From Hemiscyllium ocellatum (taxonomy: Eukaryota), in the NCBI RefSeq assembly GCF_020745735.1, contig NW_026869102.1, forward strand, positions 128,367-192,366: 64,000 bases of DNA, in the 5' to 3' direction. The notes under the pieces were generated by a model. The model did no database searches. It was not told the DNA's origin and saw only the letters and a list, made by a program, of their open reading frames with translations. The translations under genes were made by a program, and so were the position numbers. Positions 1-13,249 of this stretch are shown here, piece by piece. Each line of letters begins with the position of its first letter. Within the stretch, counting starts at the first letter, position 1.

Positions 1-3000
1 GATACAGTGAGGGAGATAGGAGAATAATTGAGGGGGAGATACAGTGAGGGAGATGGGAAGATTATTGAGGGGGAGATACAGTGAGGGAGATAGGAGGATT
101 ATTGAGGGGGAGATACAGTGAGGGAGATAGGAGAATAATTGAGGGGGAGATACAGTGAGGGAGATAGGAGGATTATTGAGGGGGAGATACAGTGAGGGAG
201 ATAGGAGGATTATTGAGGGGGAGATACAGTGAGGGAGATGGGAGGATTATTGAGGGGGAGATACAGTGAGAGAGATAGGAAGATTATTGAGGGGGAGATA
301 CAGTGAGGGAGATAGGAGGATAATTGAGGGGGAGATACAGATGGGGAGATAGGAGGATTACTGAGGGGGAGATACAGATGGGGAGATAGGAGGATTATTG
401 AGGGGGAGATACAGTGAGGGAGATGGGAGGATTATTGAGGGGGAGATACAGTGAGGGAGATGGGAGGATTATTGAGGGGGAGATACAGTGAGGGAGATAG
501 GAGAATAATTGAGGGGGAGATACAGTGAGGGAGATGGGAAGATTATTGAGGGGGAGATACAGTGAGGGAGATAGGAGGATTATTGAGGGGGAGATACAGT
601 GAGGGAGATAGGAGAATAATTGAGGGGGAGATACAGTGAGGGAGATAGGAGGATTATTGAGGGGGAGATACAGTGAGGGAGATAGGAGGATTATTGAGGG
701 GGAGATACAGTGAGGGAGATGGGAGGATTATTGAGGGGGAGATACAGTGAGAGAGATAGGAAGATTATTGAGGGGGAGATACAGTGAGGGAGATAGGAGG
801 ATAATTGAGGGGGAGATACAGATGGGGAGATAGGAGGATTATTGAGGGGGAGATACAGATGGGGAGATAGGAGGATTATTGAGGGGGAGATACAGTGAGG
901 GAGATGGGAGGATTATTGAGGGGGAGATACAGTGAGGGAGATGGGAGGATTATTGAGGGGGAGATACAGATGGGGAGATAGGAGGATTATTGAGGGGGAG
1001 ATACAGATGGGGAGATGGGAGGATTATTGAGGGGGAGATACAGTGAGAGAGATAGGAAGATTATTGAGGGGGAGATACAGTGAGGGAGATAGGAGGATTA
1101 TTGAGGGGGAGATACAGATGGGGAGATAGGAAGATTATTGAGGGGGAGATACAGTGAGGGAGATAGGAGGATTATTGAGGGGGAGATACAGATGGGGAGA
1201 TAGGAGGATTATTGAGGGGGAGATACAGTGAGGGAGATAGGAAGATTATTGAGGGGGAGATACAGTGAGGGAGATAGGAAGATTATTGAGGGGGAGATAC
1301 AGTGAGGGAGATAGGAGGATTATTGAGGGGGAGATACAGATGGGGAGATAGGAGGATTATTGAGGGGGAGATACAGTGAGGGCGATAGGAGGATTATTGA
1401 GGGGGAGATACAGTGAGGGAGATAGGAGGATAATTGAGGGGGAGATACAGATGGGGAGATAGGAGGATTATTGAGGGGGAGATACAGTGTGGGAGATAGG
1501 AGGATTATTGAGGGGGAGATACAGTGAGGGAGATAGGAGGATAATTGAGGGGGAGATACAGTGAGGGCGATAGGAGGATTATTGAGGGGGAGATACAGTG
1601 AGGGAGATGGGAGGATTATTGAGGGGGAGATACAGTGAGGGAGATAGGAGGATAATTGAGGGGGAGATACAGTGAGGGAGATAGGAGGATTATTGAGGGG
1701 GTGATACAGTGAGGGAGATAGGAGGATTATTGAGGGGGTGATACAGTGAGGGAGATGGGAGGATTATTGAGGGGGAGATACAGATTGGGAGATAGGAGGA
1801 TTATTGAGGGGGAGATACAGTGAGGGAGATAGGAGGATAATTGAGGGGGAGATACAGATGGGGAGATAGGAGGATTATTGAGGGGGAGATACAGATGGGG
1901 AGGTAAGAGGATTATTGAGGGGGAGATACAGTGAGGGAGATAGGAGGATAATTGAGGGGGAGATACAGATGGGGAGATAGGAGGATTATTGAGGGGGAGA
2001 TACAGTGAGGGAGATAGGAGGATAATTGAGGGGGAGATACAGTGAGGGAGATAGGAGGATTATTGAGGGGGAGATACAGTGAGGGAGATGGGAGGATTAT
2101 TGAGGGGGAGATACAGTGAGGGAGATAGGAGGATAATTGAGGGGGAGATACAGTGAGGGAGATAGGAGGATTATTGAGGGGGTGATACAGTGAGGGAGAT
2201 GGGAGGATTATTGAGGGGGAGATACAGATGGGGAGATAGGAGGATTATTGAGGGGGAGATACAGTGAGGGAGATAGGAGAATAATTGAGGGGGAGATACA
2301 GTGAGGGAGATAGGAGGATAATTGAGGGGGAGATACAGATGGGGGAGATGGGAGGATTATTGAGGGGGAGATACAGATGGGGGAGATGGGAGGATTATTG
2401 AGGGGGAGATACAGATGGGGAGATAGGAGGATTATTGAGGGGGAGATACAGTGAGGGAGATAGGAGGATTATTGAGGGGGAGATACAGATGGGGAGATGG
2501 GAGGATTATTGAGGGGGAGATACAGATGGGGAGGTAAGAGGATTATTGAGGGGGAGATACAGTGAGGGAGATAGGAGGATTATTGAGGGGGAGATACAGA
2601 TGGGGAGATAGGAGGATTATTGAGGGGGAGATAGGAGGATTATTGAGGGGGAGATACAGATGGAGAGGTAAGAGGATTATTGAGGGGGAGATACAGTGAG
2701 GGAGATAGGAGGATTATTGAGGGAGAGATACAGATGGGGAGGTAAGAGGATTATTGAGGGGGAGATACAGTGAGGGAGATAGGAGGATTATTGAGGGGGA
2801 GATACAGATGGGGAGATAGGAGGATTATTGAGGGGGAGATAGGAGGATTATTGAGGGGGAGATACAGTGAGGGAGATAGGAGGATAATTGAGGGGGAGAT
2901 ACAGATGGGGAGATGGGAGGATTATTGAGGGGGAGATACAGTGAGGGAGATAGGATTATTGAGGGGGAGATACAGATGGGGAGATAGGAGGATTATTGAG

Positions 3001-6000
3001 GGGGAGATACAGATGGGGAGATAGGAGGATTATTGAGGGGGAGATACAGTGAGGGAGATGGGAGGATTATTGAGGGGGAGATACAGTGAGGGAGATAGGA
3101 AGATTATTGAGGGGGAGATACAGTGAGGGAGATAGGAGGATAATTGAGGGGGAGATACAGATGGGGAGATAGGAGGATTATTGAGGGGGAGATACAGTGA
3201 GGGAGATAGGAGGATTATTTAGGGAGAGATACAGATGGGGAGATAGGAGGATTATTGAGGGGGAGATACAGTGGGGGAGATGGGAGGATTATTGAGGGGG
3301 AGATACAGATGGGGAGATAGGAAGATTATTGAGGGGGAGATACAGTGAGGGAGATAGGAGGATTATTGAGGGGGAGATACAGATGGGGAGATAGGAGGAT
3401 TATTGAGGGGGAGATACAGTGAGGGAGATAGGAGGATTATTGAGGGGGAGATACAGATGGGGAGATAGGAAGATTATTGAGGGGGAGATACAGTGAGGGA
3501 GATAGGAGGATTATTGAGGGGGAGATACAGATGGGGAGATAGGAGGATTATTGAGGGGGAGATACAGATGGGGAGATAGGAGGATTATTGAGGGGGAGAT
3601 ACAGATGGGGAGGTAAGAGGATTATTGAGGGGGAGATACAGTGAGGGAGATAGGAGGATTATTGAGGGGGAGATACAGATGGGGAGGTAAGAGGATTATT
3701 GAGGGGAAGATACAGTGAGGGAGATAGGAGGATTATTGAGGGGGAGATACAGATGGGGAGATAGGAGGATTATTGAGGGAGAGGTAGGAGGATTATTGAG
3801 GGGGAGATACAGTGAGGGAGATAGGAGGATTATTGAGGGGAAGATACAGTGAGGGAGATAGGAGGATAATTGAGGGGGAGATACAGATGGGGAGATGGGA
3901 GGATTATTGTGGGGGAGATACAGTGAGGGAGATAGGAGGATTATTGAGGGGGAGATACAGTGAGGGAGATAGGAGGATAATTGAGGGGGAGATACAGATG
4001 GGGAGATGGGAGGATTACTGAGGGGGAGATACCGATGGGGAGATGGGAGGATTATTGAGGGGGAGATACAGATGGGGAGATAGGAGGATTATTGAGGGGG
4101 AGATACAGATGGGGAGATAGGAGGATTATTGAGGGGGAGATACAGTGAGGGAGATAGGAGGATTATTGAGGGGGAGATACAGATGGGGAGATAGGAAGAT
4201 TATTGAGGGGGAGATACAGTGAGGGAGATAGGAGGATTATTGAGGGGGAGATACAGATGGGGAGATAGGAGGATTATTGAGGGGGAGATACAGTGAGGGA
4301 GATGGGAGGATTATTGAGGGGGAGATACAGTGAGGGAGATGGGAGGATTATTGAGGGAGAGATACAGATGGGGAGATAGGAAGATTATTGAGGGGGAGAT
4401 ACAGTGAGGGAGATAGGAGGATTATTGAGGGGGAGATACAGTGAGGGAGATAGGAGGATAATTGAGGGGGAGATACAGATGGGGGAGATGGGAGGATTAT
4501 TGAGGGGGAGATACAGATGGGGGAGATGGGAGGATTATTGAGGGGGAGATACAGATGGGGAGATAGGAGGATTATTGAGGGGGAGATACAGATGGGGAGA
4601 TAGGAGGATTATTGAGGGGGAGATACAGTGAGGGAGATAGGAGGATTATTGAGGGGGAGATACAGATGGGGAGATGGGAGGATTATTGAGGGGGAGATAC
4701 AGATGGGGAGGTAAGAGGATTATTGAGGGGGAGATACAGTGAGGGAGATAGGAGGATTATTGAGGGGGAGATACAGATGGGGAGATAGGAGGATTATTGA
4801 GGGGGAGATAGGAGGATTATTGAGGGGGAGATACAGATGGAGAGGTAAGAGGATTATTGAGGGGGAGATACAGTGAGGGAGATAGGAGGATTATTGAGGG
4901 AGAGATACAGATGGGGAGGTAAGAGGATTATTGAGGGGGAGATACAGTGAGGGAGATAGGAGGATTATTGAGGGGGAGATACAGATGGGGAGATAGGAGG
5001 ATTATTGAGGGGGAGATAGGAGGATTATTGAGGGGGAGATACAGTGAGGGAGATAGGAGGATAATTGAGGGGGAGATACAGATGGGGAGATGGGAGGATT
5101 ATTGAGGGGGAGATACAGTGAGGGAGATAGGATTATTGAGGGGGAGATACAGATGGGGAGATAGGAGGATTATTGAGGGGGAGATACAGATGGGGAGATA
5201 GGAGGATTATTGAGGGGGAGATACAGTGAGGGAGATGGGAGGATTATTGAGGGGGAGATACAGTGAGGGAGATAGGAAGATTATTGAGGGGGAGATACAG
5301 TGAGGGAGATAGGAGGATAATTGAGGGGGAGATACAGATGGGGAGATAGGAGGATTATTGAGGGGGAGATACAGTGAGGGAGATAGGAGGATTATTTAGG
5401 GAGAGATACAGATGGGGAGATAGGAGGATTATTGAGGGGGAGATACAGTGGGGGAGATGGGAGGATTATTGAGGGGGAGATACAGATGGGGAGATAGGAA
5501 GATTATTGAGGGGGAGATACAGTGAGGGAGATAGGAGGATTATTGAGGGGGAGATACAGATGGGGAGATAGGAGGATTATTGAGGGGGAGATACAGTGAG
5601 GGAGATAGGAGGATTATTGAGGGGGAGATACAGATGGGGAGATAGGAAGATTATTGAGGGGGAGATACAGTGAGGGAGATAGGAGGATTATTGAGGGGGA
5701 GATACAGATGGGGAGATAGGAGGATTATTGAGGGGGAGATACAGATGGGGAGATAGGAGGATTATTGAGGGGGAGATACAGATGGGGAGGTAAGAGGATT
5801 ATTGAGGGGGAGATACAGTGAGGGAGATAGGAGGATTATTGAGGGGGAGATACAGATGGGGAGGTAAGAGGATTATTGAGGGGGAGATACAGTGAGGGAG
5901 ATAGGAGGATTATTGAGGGGGAGATACAGATGGGGAGATAGGAGGATTATTGAGGGAGAGGTAGGAGGATTATTGAGGGGGAGATACAGTGAGGGAGATA

Positions 6001-9000
6001 GGAGGATTATTGAGGGGAAGATACAGTGAGGGAGATAGGAGGATAATTGAGGGGGAGATACAGATGGGGAGATGGGAGGATTATTGTGGGGGAGATACAG
6101 TGAGGGAGATAGGAGGATTATTGAGGGGGAGATACAGTGAGGGAGATAGGAGGATAATTGAGGGGGAGATACAGATGGGGAGATGGGAGGATTACTGAGG
6201 GGGAGATACCGATGGGGAGATGGGAGGATTATTGAGGGGGAGATACAGATGGGGAGATAGGAGGATTATTGAGGGGGAGATACAGATGGGGAGATAGGAG
6301 GATTATTGAGGGGGAGATACAGTGAGGGAGATAGGAGGATTATTGAGGGGGAGATACAGATGGGGAGATAGGAAGATTATTGAGGGGGAGATACAGTGAG
6401 GGAGATAGGAGGATTATTGAGGGGGAGATACAGATGGGGAGATAGGAGGATTATTGAGGGGGAGATACAGTGAGGGAGATGGGAGGATTATTGAGGGGGA
6501 GATACAGTGAGGGAGATGGGAGGATTATTGAGGGAGAGATACAGATGGGGAGATAGGAAGATTATTGAGGGGGAGATACAGTGAGGGAGATAGGAGGATT
6601 ATTGAGGGGGAGATACAGATGGGGAGATAGGAGGATTATTGAGGGGGAGATACAGTGAGGGAGATAGGAGGATTATTGAGGGGGAGATACAGATGGGGAG
6701 ATAGGAAGATTATTGAGGGGGAGATACAGTGAGGGAGATAGGAGGATTATTGAGGGGGAGATACAGATGGGGAGATAGGAGGATTATTGAGGGGGAGATA
6801 CAGATGGGGAGAGTTAGGAGGATTATTGAGGGGGAGATACAGATGAGGAGATAGGAGGATTATTGAGGGGGAGATACAGATGGGGAGATAGGAAGATTAT
6901 TGAGGGGGAGATACAGTGAGGGAGATAGGAGGATTATTGAGGGGGAGATACAGATGGGGAGATAGGAGGATTATTGAGGGGGAGATACAGTGAGGGAGAT
7001 AGGAGGATTATTGAGGGGGAGATACAGATGGGGAGATAGGAGGATTACTGAGGGGGAGATACAGTGGGGGAGATGGGAGGATTACTGAGGGGGAGATACC
7101 GATGGGGAGATGGGAGGATTATTGAGGGGGAGATACCGATGGGGAGATGGGAGGATTATTGAGGGGGAGATACAGTGTGGGAGATAGGAAGATTATTGAG
7201 GGGGAGATACAGTGAGGGAGATGGGAGGATTATTGAGGGGGAGATACAGATGGGGAGATAGGAAGATTATTGAGGGGGAGATACAGTGAGGGAGATAGGA
7301 GGATTATTGAGGGGGAGATACAGATGGGGAGATAGGAGGATTATTGAGGGGGAGATACAGTGAGGGAGATAGGAGGATTATTGAGGGGGAGATACAGATG
7401 GGGAGATAGGAGGATTATTGAGGGGGAGATACAGATGGGGAGATAGGAGGATTATTGAGGGGGAGATACAGATGGGGAGATAGGAGGATTATTGAGGGGG
7501 AGATACAGATGGGGAGATAGGAGGATTATTGAGGGGGAGATACAGATGGGGAGGTAAGAGGATTATTGAGGGGGAGATACAGTGAGGGAGATAGGAGGAT
7601 TATTGAGGGGGAGATACAGATGGGGAGATAGGAGGATTATTGAGGGGGAGATAGGAGGATTATTGAGGGGGAGATACAGATGGGGAGGTAAGAGGATTAT
7701 TGAGGGGGAGATACAGTGAGGGAGATAGGAGGATTATTGAGGGGGAGATACAGATGGGGAGGTAAGAGGATTATTGAGGGGGAGATACAGTGAGGGAGAT
7801 AGGAGGATTATTGAGGGGGAGATACAGATGGGGAGATAGGAGGATTATTGAGGGGGAGATACAGTGAGGGAGATAGGAGGATTATTGAGGGGAAGATACA
7901 GTGAGGGAGATAGGAGGATAATTGAGGGGGATTTTCAGATGAGATGGGAGGATTATTGAGCGGGAGATACAGTGAGGGAGATAGGAGGATTATTGAAGGG
8001 GAGATACAGTGAGGGAGATAGGAGGATAATCGAGGGGGAGATACAGATGGGGAGATGGGAGGATTACTGAGGGGGAGATACCGATGGGGAGATGGGAGGA
8101 TTATTGAGGGGGAGATACAGATGGGGAGATAGGAGGATTATTGAGGGGGAGATACAGTGAGGGAGATGGGAGGATTATTGAGGGGGAGATACAGATGGGG
8201 AGATAGGAAGATTATTGAGGGGGAGATACAGTGAGGGAGATAGGAGGATAATTGAGGGGGAGATACAGTGAGGGAGATAGGAGGATTATTGAGGGGGAGA
8301 TACAGATGGGGAGATAGGAAGATTATTGAGGGGGAGATACAGTGAGGGAGATAGGAGGATTATTGAGGGGGAGATACAGATGGGGAGATAGGAGGATTAT
8401 TGAGGGGGAGATACAGTGAGGGAGATAGGAGGATTATTGAGGGGGAGATACAGATGGGAGATAGGAGGATTATTGAGGGGGAGATACAGATGGGGAGATA
8501 GGAGGATTATTGAGGGGGAGATACAGATGGGGAGATAGGAGGATTATTGAGGGGGAGATACAGTGAGGGAGATAGGACGATTATTTAGGGAGAGATACAG
8601 ATGGGGAGATAGGAGGATTATTGAGGGAGAGATACAGATGGGGAGGTAAGAGGATTATTGAGGGGGAGATACAGTGGGGGAGATGGGAGGATTACTGAGG
8701 GGGAGATACAGATGGGGAGATAGGAGGATTATTGAGGGGGAGATACAGTGGGGAGATGGGAGGATTACTGAGGGGGAGATACCGATGGGGAGATGGGAGG
8801 ATTATTGAGTCGGAGATACCGATGGGGAGATAGGAGGATTATTGAGGGGGAGATACAGTGTGGGAGATAGGAAGATTATTGAGGGGGAGATACAGTGAGG
8901 GAGATGGGAGGATTATTGAGGGGGAGATACAGATGGGGAGATAGGAAGATTATTGAGGGGGAGATACAGTGAGGGAGATAGGAGGATTATTGAGGGGGAG

Positions 9001-12000
9001 ATACAGTGAGGGAGATAGGAGGATTATTGAGGGGGAGATACAGATGGGGAGATAGGAGGATTATTGAGGGGGAGATACAGTGAGGGAGATAGGAGGATTA
9101 TTGAGGGGGAGATACAGATGGGGAGATAGGAAGATTATTGAGGGGGAGATACAGTGGGGGAGATAGGAGGATTATTGAGGGGGAGATACAGTGGGGGAGA
9201 TAGGAGGATTATTGAGGGGGAGATACAGTGAGGGCGATAGGAGGATTATTGAGGGGAAGATACAGTGAGGGAGATAGGAGGATTATTGAGGGGGAGATAC
9301 CGTGAGGGAGATAGGAGGATTATTGAGGGGAAGATACAGTGAGGGAGATAGGAGGATTATTGAGGGGAAGATACAGTGAGAGAGATAGGAGGATTATTGA
9401 GGGGGAGATACAGTGAGGGAGATAGGAGGATTATTGAGGGGGGGATACAGATGGGCAGATAGGAGGATTATTGAGGGGAAGATACAGTGAGGGAGATAGG
9501 AGGATTATTGAGGGGGAGATACAGTGAGGGAGATAGGAGGATTATTGAGGGGGAGATACAGTGAGGGAGATAGGAGGATTATTGAGGGGGAGATACAGTG
9601 AGGGAGATAGGAGGATTATTGAGGGGAAGATACAGTGAGAGAGATAGGAGGATTATTGAGGGGGAGATACAGTGAGGGAGATAGGAGGATTATTGAGGGG
9701 GAGATACAGATGGGGAGATAAGAGGATTATTGAGGGGGAGATACAGATGGGGAGATAGGAGGATTATTGAGGGGGAGATACAGATGGGGAGATAGGAGGA
9801 TTATTGAGGGGGGGATACAGATGGGCAGATGGGAGGATTATTGAGGGGGAGATACAGATGGGGAGATGGGAGGATTATTGAGGGGGAGATACAGTGAGGG
9901 AGATAGGATAATTGAGGGGGAGATACAGTGAGGGAGATAGGAGGATTATTGAGGGGGAGATACAGATGGGGAGATAGGAAGATTATTGAGGGGGAGATAC
10001 AGTGGGGGAGATGGGAGGATTACTGAGGGGGAGATACCGATGGGGAGATGGGAGGATTATTGAGGGGGAGATACCAATGGGGAGATAGGAGGATTATTGA
10101 GGGGGAGATACAGTGAGGGAGATGGGAGGATTATTGAGGGGGAGATACAGATGGGGAGATAGGAAGATTATTGAGGGGAGATACAGTGAGGGAGATAGGA
10201 GGATTATTGAGGGGGAGATACAGATGGGGAGATAGGAGGATTATTGAGGGGGAGATACAGTGAGGGAGATAGGAGGATTATTGAGGGGGAGATACAGATG
10301 GGGAGATAGGAAGATTATTGAGGGGGAGATACAGTGAGGGAGATAGGAGGATTATTGAGGGGGAGATACAGATGGGGAGATAGGAGGATTATTGAGGGGG
10401 AGATACAGATGGGGAGATAGGAGGATTATTGAGGGGGAGATACAGATGGGGAGATAGGAGGATTATTGAGGGGGAGATACAGTGGGGGAGATAGGAGGAT
10501 TATTGAGGGGGAGATACAGTGAGGGCGATAGGAGGATTATTGAGGGGAAGATACAGTGAGGGAGATAGGAGGATTATTGAGGGGGAGATACCGTGAGGGA
10601 GATAGGAGGATTATTGAGGGGATGATACAGTGAGGGAGATAGGAGGATTATTGAGGGGAAGATACAGTGAGAGAGATAGGAGGATTATTGAGGGGAAGAT
10701 ACAGTGAGAGAGATAGGAGGATTATTGAGGGGGAGATACAGTGAGGGAGATAGGAGGATTATTGAGGGGGAGATACAGATGGGGGAGATAGGAGGATTAT
10801 TGAGGGGGAGATACAGATGGGGGAGATAGGAGGATTATTGAGGGGGAGATACAGATGGGGGAGATAGGAGGATTATTGAGGGGAAGATACAGTGAGAGAG
10901 ATAGGAGGATTACTGAGGGGGAGATACAGTGAGGGAGATGGGAGGATTATTGAGGGGGAGATGGGGAGATACAGATGGGGAGATTGGAGGTTTCTTGCAG
11001 GTGGAGATAGGGGAGATACAGATGCGGAGATACGAGGATTATTGAGGGGGAGATGGGAGGATTATTGAGGGGGAGATACAGTGAGGGAGATAGGAGGATT
11101 ATTGAGGGGGAGATACAGATGGGGAGATAGGAGGATTATTGAGGGGGAGATACAGATGGGGAGATAGGAGGATTATTGAGGGGGGGATACAGATGGGCAG
11201 ATGGGAGGATTATTGAGGGGGAGATACAGATGGGGAGATGGGAGGATTATTGAGGGGGAGATACAGTGAGGGAGACAGGAGGATAATTGAGGGGGAGATA
11301 CAGTGAGGGAGATAGGAGGATTATTGAGGGGCAGATACAGATGGGGAGATAGGAAGATTATTGAGGGGGAGATACAGTGGGGGAGATGGGAGGATTACTG
11401 AGGGGGAGATACCGATGGGGAGATGGGAGGATTATTGAGGGGGAGATGCCGATGGGGAGATAGGAGGATTATTGAGGGGGAGATACAGTGTGGGAGATAG
11501 GAAGATTATTGAGGGGGAGATACAGTGAGGGAGATGGGAGGATTATTGAGGGGGAGATACAGATGGGGAGATAGGAAGATTATTGAGGGGGAGATACAGT
11601 GAGGGAGATAGGAGGATTATTGAGGGGGAGATACAGATGGGGAGATAGGAGGATTATTGAGGGGGAGATACAGATGGGGAGATAGGAGGATTATTGAGGG
11701 GGAGATACAGTGGGGGAGATAGGAGGATTATTGAGGGGGAGATACAGTGAGGGCGATAGGAGGATTATTGAGGGGAAGGTACAGTGAGGGAGATAGGAGG
11801 ATTATTGAGGGGGAGATACCGTGAGGGAGATAGGAGGATTATTGAGGGGAAGATACAGTGAGGGAGATAGGAGGATTATTGAGGTGAAGATACAGTGAGA
11901 GAGATAGGAGGATTATTGAGGGGGAGATACAGTGAGGGAGATAGGAGGATTATTGAGGGGGAGATACAGATGGGGAGATGGGAGGATTATTGAGGGGGAG

Positions 12001-12300
12001 ATGGGGAGATACAGATGGGGAGATTGGAGGTTTCTTGCAGGTGGAGATAGGGGAGATACAGATGCGGAGATACGAGGATTATTGAGGGGGAGATGGGAGG
12101 ATTATTGAGGGGGAGATACAGTGAGGGAGATTGGATGATTATTGAGGGGGAGATACAGATGCGGAGATTGGATGATTATTGAGGGGGAGATACAGATGCG
12201 GAGATGGGAGGATTATTGAGGGGGAGATAGGAGGATTATTGAGGGGGAGATAGGAGGATTATTGAGGGGGAGATAGGAGGATTATTGAGGGGGTGATGGG
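1..12300. repeat. Satellite array A: 37-bp tandem unit GAGGGGGAGATACAGTGAGGGAGATAGGAGGATTATT, ~330 copies. Variant subunits include CAGATGGGG, ATGGGAGG, ATAGGAAG, ATAATTG, ATTACTG and TACCGATGGGG. Higher-order repeats of ~2.14 kb, with ~1.05-1.7 kb blocks in the distal part.
   Basis: Direct reading: unit repeats head-to-tail across the whole interval. Lines 2341-2400 and 4481-4540 are identical; the identical 69-aa artefact ORFs at 3812 and 5989 are offset by 2177 bp. Marker variants ATTACTG/TACCGATG recur near 7080, 8760, 10020 and 11400. No cytosine on the + strand for most of the array. Confidence 0.95.
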
Positions 12301-13249
12301 GAGATACAATGAGTGAGATAGGAGGATTATCGTGGGTGAAATAGGAGGAATATCAAGGGGGAGATGTGGGAACAGAGGGACAGATAGCAGAATACTGGTG
12401 AGGAGATACAGAAGGGGAGATGGAGATCGGGGCAATATGGGGGGTTGGATTCCGAGGGAGAGTTAAGGGGATGCAGACTGGGGGATATAGAGAGGAGATA
12501 AGGGGAACGCAGTGGGAGAGGTACAGAGAGGGAGGTAGGGGAGATAGAGAGGGGGAGATGGGGGAAACACAGGGGTATTGAGAGATATTGTGAGACATAA
12601 GAGGAATACCGTGGTGGAGACAGGGGATTACAAAGGGGAGAATCAAAGGTGGATATAGGGAGAATATACTACAGAGATGGCGGGGGGAAGGGGGGCAGAT
12701 ACAAAGGGGATATGGGACAATACAGTGGAGGAGATATAACGTGCGGATATAGGGTTAATACAAGGGGAATTTGGGGGAATATAATGGGTCAGATAGAAAG
12801 AGGGCGATGGAGAGACGGGTGTGGGAGATAGAAAGTAGGGATACAGGGATACAGTGGGGGGGAGATACACAGGGGAATATTGGGAGAACATAGTGAGGGA
12901 GGTACAAAGGGGGAATATGTGGGTGATACAAAGGAGATATTGATGGAAATACAAAGGGGTTCGAGGGCCAATACAGAGTGGGAGACAGAGGGAGTACCGG
13001 GGGGAATACAAAATGGGAGATACAGAGGTACAGAGGGGCATACAGGGAGAATACAGAGGGAGAATACATGGGCATATAGGGAGAATACAGAGGGAGAATA
13101 CATGGGCATATAGGGAGAATACAGAGGGAGAATACATGGGCATATAGGGAGAATACAGAGGGAGAATTGGGGGGAATACTGAAGGAGAGATGGGGGAATA
13201 CTGAGGGGGAGGTACACAGGGCAGATGGGGATACTGATGGGGAATACAG
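12301..13249. repeat. Degenerate, diverged GA-rich satellite-like spacer between arrays A and B. Contains a 34-bp x3 sub-repeat GGGAGAATACAGAGGGAGAATACATGGGCATATA at ~13075-13160.
   Basis: Irregular copies of GAGATACA / GGGGAATAC motifs without strict period; purine-rich on + strand. Confidence 0.7.
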
